Shown: positions 26,303 through 33,301 of the stretch, one piece after another
Position numbering within the stretch: the first letter of the stretch is position 1
Layout of the letters: every line of letters starts with the position of its first letter
Origin: a virus
Length of the DNA: 37,691 nucleotides
IMG/VR virus record: IMGVR_UViG_3300011593_000002
Coordinates: 1 to 37,691 of that record
Reading direction: 5' to 3' (one strand)
The notes under the pieces: generated by a model
Seen by the model: the letters and a program-made list of their open reading frames with translations, nothing else
The model's database searches: none
Told to the model about the DNA's origin: nothing
Made by a program: the position numbers and the translations under genes

Positions 26303-27211
26303 TCAATTTTCAATTGGTAATCCAATTGCTTGAATAAAATCATCCTCAGTAATAATTTTTATATCATGACCCTGTTGCTGCCATTTTTTTGCTTCTTCAA
26401 ATTTTCGACCATAGCTAACATGTGCCCAAGCTTTGTTACCTTTATTACAGATTACTAAATAATTTACAGTGGTAGTCATATCATCAATGAACTTACCGCC
26501 ATTGTTCTCAATTAGAGCTTTCCAGTCTTTTTTCTTGAAACGGCTTGAAGTACCTGTAAAACAATAAAGGGCATTTTCAATTAGTAGTTGACCTTTAAAA
26601 AAATCAGGATTATCTATTGTTTCAATTTTAGTTCTCAATGTGCCATGATCATCTGGATCAACATACCGTTTTATTTGTTTGAACAATGCTTGAATATCAA
26701 AATCTGTTAAATCATCTTGTTTAGTTCTTACAGGACGTAACGATGTATAAACTTCCTGAAAAAATACATCATCTTCTAAATAGTCATGTTCTTTCATCCA
26801 AGTATTTAAAGCCTTAGCTTCATCTATACTCAAAGTACCATCGCAAACTACTCCAGCCAATAGCCCGTGAAGCCGTTGAACATCTCTAGTATTTTTTGAA
26901 TAGAACTTTCCTGAAATAAAAATCTTAATCACTTCAACAAATTGTTTGCACTTTTCTTCATCTAATTTTTGCGAACCAATAACTGTTTGACCTAATAAGT
27001 GAATTAAATGATCAAAAGGATATTGACAATAGATTTCAGGATTTCTTTCCATCCATACCTGTAAGGCATAAATTTCTTTCTTATTGATTGTATGATCTAA
27101 AATAATGCCTTCTAAGAATCCTAAAAAATTATTTATTTCTTTATCAATTATCGCAGTCCCCATAAATCTATTTATTAGTTCTTCATCTAAATTTTCTATT
27201 TTTTTATCCAT
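26303..27211 (-). CDS. Tandem TerB-like repeats + C-terminal BRCT domain protein
   Basis: 302 aa from the ATG at 27211 (the ORF is open to 27292 but that part covers the operator palindromes). C-terminus FTGTSSRFKKKDWKALIENNGGKFIDDMTTTVNYLVICNKGN...KFEEAKKW...IKIITEDDF aligns with the remembered LigA BRCT. Two copies of an L.G...G...D..I...E..AL..WM motif are TerB/DjlA-N-like. Confidence 0.65.
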   Translation of the reverse strand: MDKKIENLDEELINRFMGTAIIDKEINNFLGFLEGIILDHTINKKEIYALQVWMERNPEIYCQYPFDHLIHLLGQTVIGSQKLDEEKCKQFVEVIKIFISGKFYSKNTRDVQRLHGLLAGVVCDGTLSIDEAKALNTWMKEHDYLEDDVFFQEVYTSLRPVRTKQDDLTDFDIQALFKQIKRYVDPDDHGTLRTKIETIDNPDFFKGQLLIENALYCFTGTSSRFKKKDWKALIENNGGKFIDDMTTTVNYLVICNKGNKAWAHVSYGRKFEEAKKWQQQGHDIKIITEDDFIQAIGLPIEN

Positions 27212-27232
27212 ATAATCCAACGTCTTATAAAA

Positions 27233-27268
27233 ATAGTGAATCACTATCTTGACATAGTGGCACACTAT
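27233..27268. promoter_or_regulatory. Two tandem 15-bp operator palindromes ATAGTG-N3-CACTAT (27233-27247, 27254-27268)
   Basis: Both palindromes are perfect and their centres are 21 bp apart. The second overlaps a minus-strand TTGCGG-N17-TATAGT promoter facing the cargo operon and a plus-strand TTGACA (27249-27254). CTATAGTGTGCC is shared with the repressor/early intergenic region (29595-29606). Confidence 0.6.
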
Positions 27269-27283
27269 AGGCAACATGTATTT

Positions 27284-27370
27284 ACACCGCAAAATCGGTG
27301 TACAGGCGTGGAAACCTGTTTTTGAATGTACAAGAGAGCAGAAAACATCCGCTCAAAGCGGCTTTTTTTT
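27284..27370 (+). ncRNA. Possible short transcript / attenuator with two terminator hairpins
   Basis: Three hairpins: CACCG/CGGTG (27285-27300), ACAGG/CCTGT + TTTT (27302-27323), and CCGCT/AGCGG + C + T8 (27349-27370). It contains GTACAAGAG (27328-27336), complementary to the loop at 27440-27448. The start point is inferred only. Confidence 0.3.
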
Positions 27371-27396
27371 GCCTAAAATGTCTAATCGGCTATACT
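27369..27396 (+). promoter_or_regulatory. Sigma70-like promoter TTGCCT-N16-TATACT
   Basis: -35 at 27369-27374 and -10 at 27391-27396. The predicted start near 27403 coincides with the first base of a long RNA stem. Confidence 0.45.
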
Positions 27397-27402
27397 CGTT
27401 AT

Positions 27403-27500
27403 GGCAGATCGGGCAGGGCAGCTTTTAGCTGGCCGTTTACTCTTGTACGGTATTTCCACCCCTGTTCGGTCTGCCACCATTCTGTGGAAAGAATGGCGGT
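27403..27500 (+). ncRNA. Structured leader / candidate c4-like antisense RNA
   Basis: 15-bp stem 27403-27417 with 27461-27475, including 3 G-U pairs (so strand-specific to plus). Second hairpin 27474-27499. The internal loop TTTACTCTTGT (27436-27446) is perfectly complementary to ACAAGAGTAAA (27516-27526), which covers the RBS of the next ORF. Confidence 0.5.
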
Positions 27501-27531
27501 AGGTTCAAAACTTACACAAGAGTAAATAGTC

Positions 27532-27702
27532 ATGAGAAAATCAATTCATGTGCAAGAGCACACTGCTATCTATAGCCTAGACACCTATAACCAACGTCTC
27601 CGCCAGCTCCAACGTCAAAAACGCCTAAAAATCCTGTTCGATTGCATGGGTTATTTCTGTATCTGCTTTCTTACGTTCTCCTTATTATTTTTGGGAGAGT
27701 AA
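27532..27702 (+). CDS. Small protein with a C-terminal transmembrane segment (below the ORF-track cutoff)
   Basis: 56 aa, MRKSIHVQEHTAIYSLDTYNQRLRQLQRQKRLKILFDCMGYFCICFLTFSLLFLGE. An AAGAG SD-like sequence lies 9 nt upstream. Confidence 0.4.
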   Translation: MRKSIHVQEHTAIYSLDTYNQRLRQLQRQKRLKILFDCMGYFCICFLTFSLLFLGE

Positions 27703-27704
27703 TC

Positions 27705-27785
27705 ATGCATCCAGCCATCATCGCATTTCTATTTTTTCTATTATTAAGCTCAATGTACTTACTGGTGGGAGCATGGCAGCTATGA
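27705..27785 (+). CDS. Very small hydrophobic peptide
   Basis: 26 aa, MHPAIIAFLFFLLLSSMYLLVGAWQL. It starts 2 nt after the previous stop and overlaps the Rha-family start. Confidence 0.3.
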   Translation: MHPAIIAFLFFLLLSSMYLLVGAWQL

Positions 27786-28594
27786 CCACATTCGAATTAC
27801 AACATGCAGTTTTTATCCAAAACGACCAAATCAAAACAGATAGCCTAAAAGTGGCCGAAGTCTTTGGTAAACGCCACAGCGACATTATTCGTGCAATAAA
27901 AAACATAGAATGTTCACCTGATTTCACTGAACGCAATTTTGCGCTCAGTGAATATGAGGACAAATCAGGTCGTGCTTTACCCATGTACGAAATGACCAAA
28001 GATGGTTTTGTCTTCCTGGCCATGAGCTTTACAGGTGCCAAAGCTGCCCAAGTTAAAGAAGCCTATATCAAAGCCTTTAACCACATGGCAGAAGTGCTAT
28101 ACAAACAACAAAATCAAATCCAGACCATCGATGTTGGTTCGGTGGTACGTCTACGCTCAGGAAGTCCAGATCTCACCGTAAATCATGTTTTTGATGACGT
28201 TGCAGAGGTCATTTGGTTTAGAGGAGGGCGAATTGTCCGGGAGCAATTACCTATTAGTTGTCTAACCTTAGGCGAAAGTGACCGTTTAGCTCCAACTGTC
28301 AGCTATACCCTCGATACGTTTTGGTCAAACCTATACAACTATGGTGTACACAACCTTAATCACAGCAACCGTACCGATCAAATCGCGCTTAACATTTCCC
28401 AAGTCGTCGATCTTTTCCCACAACTATTCACCAGAAATGACCTGTTGCAAAACTTGCCACATAGCAAACCACCATATCCACAATATGTCGAACACAATGT
28501 TCCCATGCAAAGTCGACTTGAAAGAAAAACTGTCCGCTGCTGGATATTTCAAGGCAATCATCCAACCATGATTGATGTAAAAGCAAAGGGGTAA
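27773..28594 (+). CDS. Rha-family phage regulatory protein with a DUF2158/YodC-like central domain
   Basis: 273 aa. ...TDSLKVAEVFGKRHSDIIRAIKN...NF..SEY.D..GR.LPMYEMTKDGF.FLAMSFTG.KA...KEAYI.AFN.M is the Phage_pRha signature. VGSVVRLRSGSPDLTV......AEVIWF is YodC-like. Confidence 0.8.
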   Translation: MAAMTTFELQHAVFIQNDQIKTDSLKVAEVFGKRHSDIIRAIKNIECSPDFTERNFALSEYEDKSGRALPMYEMTKDGFVFLAMSFTGAKAAQVKEAYIKAFNHMAEVLYKQQNQIQTIDVGSVVRLRSGSPDLTVNHVFDDVAEVIWFRGGRIVREQLPISCLTLGESDRLAPTVSYTLDTFWSNLYNYGVHNLNHSNRTDQIALNISQVVDLFPQLFTRNDLLQNLPHSKPPYPQYVEHNVPMQSRLERKTVRCWIFQGNHPTMIDVKAKG

Positions 28595-28596
28595 GT

Positions 28597-29148
28597 ATGA
28601 ACGAAAACATTATTCCCTACGTACCTATTGCAGCGCGTGTACAAGCAAGCAATCCAAACAGCCAGCTTGTCTGCCAGCAGTTTTTTAATATGGTCGATCA
28701 ATTGGTCAAAGCACAAATTACATTTAATCACGATACAACAATCGGATTTTTATCAATTTGTCCTGATCAAATTAACGATTTAATAGAACAACTTTCAAAA
28801 ACTGATCATTCAATAGATAAATTAGATATAAAAATCTTAGAGTTAGCTCTAAATGATTTAACTTATCCTAAGTATTTGGGAGTACATCAGGTTACCAGTC
28901 CAATCTGGAATAACACCTCGGTTGCAGTCTGGCAATTTCAATTAAATAGAATTGCGAGAGATAAAAACATGCAACCTTATGACAATGATTTTCTATTAGA
29001 TCAAGTATTAGCCACACTACGCATTTGGAGAAATTCACTCGAAGCCGTCGGAAACGACACTCAGGTGACTTACAACAACAATGATCTGATTTATAAACTC
29101 ATAGATCTTGAAGACAAACTTGAAAAAGTTCAGGATCAACTAGAGTAA
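28597..29148 (+). CDS. Hypothetical protein
   Basis: 183 aa. Starts 2 nt after the Rha-family stop. No recognisable motif. Confidence 0.55.
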   Translation: MNENIIPYVPIAARVQASNPNSQLVCQQFFNMVDQLVKAQITFNHDTTIGFLSICPDQINDLIEQLSKTDHSIDKLDIKILELALNDLTYPKYLGVHQVTSPIWNNTSVAVWQFQLNRIARDKNMQPYDNDFLLDQVLATLRIWRNSLEAVGNDTQVTYNNNDLIYKLIDLEDKLEKVQDQLE

Positions 29149-29157
29149 AAATTGAAT

Positions 29158-29190
29158 TAAAAAAAGCCCACGTTTATGCGTGGGCTTTTT
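29158..29190. terminator. Bidirectional terminator between convergent genes
   Basis: A-run, stem GCCCACG / CGTGGGC, T-run. Confidence 0.8.
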
Positions 29191-29202
29191 ATTTATAAGT
29201 CA

Positions 29203-29553
29203 TTATTTGGGTTCCACATCTTTTGCATACGCCTTACTTAAGCCAAGTAATGCAGCCTGTCCTTCAGGGCTTAACTGTCTATAGGCCTTTAACAACACAC
29301 TTTCTTCACTGGTTAAGCCACTAAAGTCCGGATCTATTCCAAGCAATACATAACGAATATCAACGCCTTGTTTCTGCAATCGGTTTAGATATACCCACTG
29401 GTCCGGCACATTCCCACGTACATATGCTCCCAGCGTATTTTCACTTGCTCCAATCTCACGTGACAACGTTTTAGCACGTAAATGCTTGTTATCCAGCTCA
29501 ACTTTGAAACGATGAGCAATTTCACCTGAAATTTCAGGGTCAATAGACGGCAT
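29203..29553 (-). CDS. CI/C-type prophage repressor (XRE-family HTH)
   Basis: 116 aa. LRAKTLSREIGASENTLGAYVRG is a helix-turn-helix. Divergent from the small early genes, as at the P2 C/cox switch. Confidence 0.75.
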   Translation of the reverse strand: MPSIDPEISGEIAHRFKVELDNKHLRAKTLSREIGASENTLGAYVRGNVPDQWVYLNRLQKQGVDIRYVLLGIDPDFSGLTSEESVLLKAYRQLSPEGQAALLGLSKAYAKDVEPK

Positions 29554-29594
29554 AAAAATATTTCCTTTATGTATTTAAAGAACAAAATAATGTG

Positions 29595-29621
29595 CTATAG
29601 TGTGCCTTAGCATACCACTAT
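29595..29621. promoter_or_regulatory. Early promoter/operator region of the immunity switch
   Basis: CTATAGTGTGCC (29595-29606) contains a TATAGT -10 and is identical to the 12-mer in the operator at 27259-27270 (reverse strand). The partner half-site CACTAT is at 29616-21. Confidence 0.5.
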
Positions 29622-29636
29622 TACCTAGAGTACCGT

Positions 29637-29831
29637 ATGAGCAAACAAATTTCACCTTACGCTACGCGTCCTAGATCTAAAAAGATTAATGGTGGGCGTG
29701 TCCGCTGTGTTGTGTATCTACCCAAAGAAGAAGTGGACGAACTCGACGCTATTGTTGAAAAAACTGACATGAGTCGATCAAGTCTCATCGCACAAACCTA
29801 TTTCGTTGGAAAACAAGCAACCACTAATTAA
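29637..29831 (+). CDS. Ribbon-helix-helix (CopG/Arc-like) early regulator, Cro/Cox analogue
   Basis: 64 aa. RVRCVVYLPKEEVDELDAIVEKTDMSRSSLIAQ fits the RHH beta-strand/helix pattern. First gene of the rightward early operon. Confidence 0.6.
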   Translation: MSKQISPYATRPRSKKINGGRVRCVVYLPKEEVDELDAIVEKTDMSRSSLIAQTYFVGKQATTN

Positions 29832-29844
29832 CGAGGTAAAAATC

Positions 29845-30090
29845 ATGTCAATCCAACCAAGACGCATCAAAAGACAACTTCGTGATAATCGTTTCAGCAT
29901 CAATCTAACTATCGATGAAACTAATCTACTTACTGCAGCTTCAAATCTTACTGGAGTTGAAATCAGTGTTTTGATCCGTCAGATGGTTATGAAGCAAGCC
30001 ATTAAAACGCTTATCGAAGATCCTGAAGATGATTTTAATTTGCAAAAATTCTTAAGTGAAGGCGCGCAAGAACAGCTTTCAAGGAGCTGA
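29845..30090 (+). CDS. RHH-like small protein (DUF1778/TacA-antitoxin-like fold suspected)
   Basis: 81 aa from the ATG at 29845 (GAGG SD). RFSINLTIDETNLLTAASNLTGVEISVLIRQMVMKQA resembles TacA-type RHH antitoxins. Confidence 0.45.
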   Translation: MSIQPRRIKRQLRDNRFSINLTIDETNLLTAASNLTGVEISVLIRQMVMKQAIKTLIEDPEDDFNLQKFLSEGAQEQLSRS

Positions 30091-30094
30091 AAAC

Positions 30095-30274
30095 ATGCTC
30101 ACAAGAGAAATCGTACTGACTGAACAAGAACTCAAAATTGTGCAAGAGGTACAAAAACAACTTGGCTTAGCCACAGTTGAAGAAACTATGGAATACCTAG
30201 CAAGAGAACGCATTCAAGAAAAATTGTTAAATCTTGCAGGTGAAGAAGTAAAACGCAAACAGCACTTTTTTTAA
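30095..30274 (+). CDS. Small hypothetical protein
   Basis: 59 aa from the ATG at 30095 (GGAG SD). Confidence 0.45.
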   Translation: MLTREIVLTEQELKIVQEVQKQLGLATVEETMEYLARERIQEKLLNLAGEEVKRKQHFF

Positions 30275-30289
30275 GGCAGTTCAATCAAG

Positions 30290-33010
30290 ATGATGTTTCC
30301 AGAAACCAAAGCTTTAGTTATAGATAAACTCATGGACGTTTATAGCTTTAAGTTAAAAAGTGGTAATAAATTACGTGGCAGATGTCCGTCATGTAATCAT
30401 AAAGAAGCATCAGCATGGGTGCACCCTGACGAGCCGTGGGTAGTATTCTGCCCACGCAAAAATAACTGTGGTACCGAAAACCATGTTAAAGAACTATTTC
30501 CCGAACTATTTGAAAAATGGGAAAAACGCTTTAAACCAACGCAAGAAGATCCACTTAAAACCGTAAATGCCTATTTGGTTGAAGGGCGTGGTTTTAACAT
30601 CGACAAACTCAAATCACTCACATATACCCAAGAGTACTATAAAGATCCAGATCTGCATGTTGGATCTATCACCATCCGCTTTCCAATAACAGATCAGCAG
30701 GGCAATGAAGGCTGGTGGCAACGGATTTTAGATGAACAGGGCGTTTTAAAGAAAACGACCTTCAAATTCGGATGGTCATCTCAAAAGCATGCATGGCTCA
30801 CACCAAACACAAATTATTTTGAATCAAAAGAAATCTGGATAACCGAAGGCATTTTCGACACCATCGCGCTTTGGCTATCTGGTATCACCAGTTTTTCAGC
30901 ATTAAGCTGCAATAATTATCCTTCAATTTTCCTAAACCAAATTTTGGCTAAATGTGCCGAAACAGGCAAACCATTACCTAAACTGGTTTGGGCATTTGAT
31001 AATGACCAAGCTGGCCATGATGGAATTTTAAAATTCATAGAGCAAGCCAGAGCCGATGGTTTTGAATGTGAAGCAGCACTTCCACCAGCCGGTCGCAAAA
31101 AAACGGACTGGAACGATCTATACAAACAAGATCGACTTAAATTTACAGATATTGAAACCTACAAATATTACGGTTCATTGCTTATTGCAGAAAAAGCTGT
31201 GGATAAAGGCATACTTATCTACAAGCATAAAGGTACCAAGTCATTTCCATTCGACTTCAACAATCAAGTCTATTGGTTCAAGCTCGATATGGATAAGTAC
31301 GATGACTATATGAAAGGCATCGATTTTGAAAACGATGACAATCAAGACTGGGCACAGGAAGAAAAAGACCAAGCCATAGCAGAACGTCGTGATGCAGCAA
31401 TCTTAGCTGCTGCCGATGCAAAGCTCATCATGGATTGCCGTCCACGCGGACTCTACTATCAATACATGGCAGAAATTGACGAAGCCGACTATTACTTTCA
31501 GATCGACTTTCCGCGTGGCGCGAAAACCATAAAAAATACCTTTAGCGCATCACACATATCATCTGCATCAGAGTTCAAAAAGCGACTTTTACACGTTGCA
31601 CCAGGTAAATTTTATAAGGGTAATAGCAATCAGCTCGATGCATTTCTCGAAAGAGAACTGACCGATATTAAACGTGTCGAATTGATCAATTATGTGGGTT
31701 ACAACGCAGATCATAAAGCCTATGTACTTGGCGACATTGCATATCAATCTGGACGTCAATTCCTGATCAATAAAGAAGACTATTTTGAGTTACCACGGCA
31801 TACCAATCTTAAATGTCGTAAGCCATTCGCTTTAGATATCAATTCAAAGATGAATGAGTATAAAAAAGAATGGATTAACGACTTGATCGATGCATATAGC
31901 GTCCGTGGACTTGTCACCCTAACTGCATTTTTTGGCAGCTTGTATGCACAGCAAATTAGAAAGATGCATAAATCCTTTCCATTTTTCGAAGCAGGTGGTG
32001 AACCAGGAACAGGTAAATCCACATTGCTTTTATTCTTATGGAAGTTGTTTGGCCGTATTAAGTACGAGGGCATTGATCCAGTCAAATCAACAAAATCAGG
32101 TCTGATTCGTACCTTCAGACAAGTCTCAAACCTTCCAGTTGTCTTGATTGAATCAGAGCGAGAAAACGAAAAAGGGGTAGTAAAGCAATTCGATTGGGAC
32201 TCACTTAAAACATTGTTTGATGGCGGATCACTCGGCGCGCAGGGCGTTAAAAACGGTGGCAATGAAACCTACGAGCCACCTTTCATGGGCACAATTATTG
32301 TGAGCCAAAATGCAGAGGTGGTATCGACGACACCAATTATGGAACGTATCGTTCAGATCAAGTTCACCAAAGATCAACTCAGCAAAAGCAGCTTATACGC
32401 AGCTCGCAGACTTGAAAAATATGAGCCACAAGATGTAAGTCAGTTCATTTTAAATTGCTTGAACAGAGAAAATGCAGTCTTAGAAACGTATAGAGAGGGT
32501 TTTGAAAAGTACGATTCGATTCTACACGATGAAAAATTTAACGTCCGTAGCTCACGAGTAGTCCAAAACCATGCCCAATTTTTGGCGTTATTCGATTCTC
32601 TTTGTAGGCACATTGTCGAGATACCAGTTGAGATCCAGAAGCAAGTTCATGCTGAAATTATTGCAATGGCTCAAACACGCGACAAAGTCATCAAATCAGA
32701 TTCAATCATCGTTCAAAACTTCTGGAATACCATTGAAGAAATGGAATCTTCAATACCAAATCTTCAACACCATGACAGCGTATTAAATCACTCTGCTAAA
32801 GCTGACATTTTTGCAATCAATTTTGCGCATTTATATAAAGTCGCAGCTGATTATCGATATTCACTACCTGAATTAAACGAATTACAAACCGCATTACGTC
32901 ACAGTCTTCATTACCGCTTTATTGAAGCGAATAAGCCGATACAGAGCAAAATTGCAAATATGAGCAAACGATGCTGGATCTTCGAAAAACCAGCGTCACA
33001 ACGGGACTAA
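30290..33010 (+). CDS. Replication protein: zinc-finger + Toprim primase fused to a P-loop helicase/NTPase
   Basis: 906 aa. CPSCNH...CPRKNNCG zinc motif. ITEGIFDTIAL and FDNDQAGHDG are Toprim motifs. GEPGTGKST is a Walker A motif in the C-terminal half. Confidence 0.8.
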   Translation: MMFPETKALVIDKLMDVYSFKLKSGNKLRGRCPSCNHKEASAWVHPDEPWVVFCPRKNNCGTENHVKELFPELFEKWEKRFKPTQEDPLKTVNAYLVEGRGFNIDKLKSLTYTQEYYKDPDLHVGSITIRFPITDQQGNEGWWQRILDEQGVLKKTTFKFGWSSQKHAWLTPNTNYFESKEIWITEGIFDTIALWLSGITSFSALSCNNYPSIFLNQILAKCAETGKPLPKLVWAFDNDQAGHDGILKFIEQARADGFECEAALPPAGRKKTDWNDLYKQDRLKFTDIETYKYYGSLLIAEKAVDKGILIYKHKGTKSFPFDFNNQVYWFKLDMDKYDDYMKGIDFENDDNQDWAQEEKDQAIAERRDAAILAAADAKLIMDCRPRGLYYQYMAEIDEADYYFQIDFPRGAKTIKNTFSASHISSASEFKKRLLHVAPGKFYKGNSNQLDAFLERELTDIKRVELINYVGYNADHKAYVLGDIAYQSGRQFLINKEDYFELPRHTNLKCRKPFALDINSKMNEYKKEWINDLIDAYSVRGLVTLTAFFGSLYAQQIRKMHKSFPFFEAGGEPGTGKSTLLLFLWKLFGRIKYEGIDPVKSTKSGLIRTFRQVSNLPVVLIESERENEKGVVKQFDWDSLKTLFDGGSLGAQGVKNGGNETYEPPFMGTIIVSQNAEVVSTTPIMERIVQIKFTKDQLSKSSLYAARRLEKYEPQDVSQFILNCLNRENAVLETYREGFEKYDSILHDEKFNVRSSRVVQNHAQFLALFDSLCRHIVEIPVEIQKQVHAEIIAMAQTRDKVIKSDSIIVQNFWNTIEEMESSIPNLQHHDSVLNHSAKADIFAINFAHLYKVAADYRYSLPELNELQTALRHSLHYRFIEANKPIQSKIANMSKRCWIFEKPASQRD

Positions 33011-33033
33011 TCCCACAATTTAAGGAGATCAAT

Positions 33034-33231
33034 ATGATCGATAAAGAAATGATTGAAATCAAGGTGGTATTTAAAGCAATCAAAGGAAAAATAGAAAGCT
33101 TTCGGGAGATGCAAACTAAAGAGAATCAGAACCGGAGTGAATTGAGCTACCCATATTTATATGGAGCTTCTGAACAAACATTAACATCCATTGAAACAAT
33201 CATTGATCAGGAACTTTCTAAACTTAGTTGA
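33034..33231 (+). CDS. Small hypothetical protein
   Basis: 65 aa from the ATG at 33034 (AAGGAG SD). Confidence 0.45.
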   Translation: MIDKEMIEIKVVFKAIKGKIESFREMQTKENQNRSELSYPYLYGASEQTLTSIETIIDQELSKLS

Positions 33232-33301
33232 GAGTTTTTAGCGCACATACAAAAGCGGCCACTTCTGTATGTGCTACATCACCCAGTCAGGAGACTAAAC
33301 A

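Noticed and set aside
27212-27292. N-terminal 27-codon extension of the BRCT-protein ORF (MRCKYMLPIVCHYVKIVIHYFYKTLDY).
   Set aside because: The extension consists of the two operator palindromes and the promoter read as codons. The internal ATG at 27211 followed by MDKKIENLDEEL is the more plausible start.
27403-27500. Retron msr/msd-like ncRNA, suggested by the structured GC-rich RNA with flanking complementary segments.
   Set aside because: No reverse transcriptase gene occurs anywhere in the window. The complementarity targets an RBS, which fits an antisense or leader switch better.
27298-27525. 75-aa ORF (GTG start) in the track, covering the region between the cargo operon and the Rha module.
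   Set aside because: It runs straight through two hairpin + T-run terminators and the long G-U-containing RNA stems. It has no SD and an odd Cys/Arg-rich composition. The region is better explained as non-coding regulatory RNA.
29845-30090. Type II toxin-antitoxin module, suggested by the TacA-like RHH protein.
   Set aside because: The downstream 59-aa ORF has no GNAT or other toxin features, so no complete TA pair is supported. The observation is kept only as a low-interest finding.
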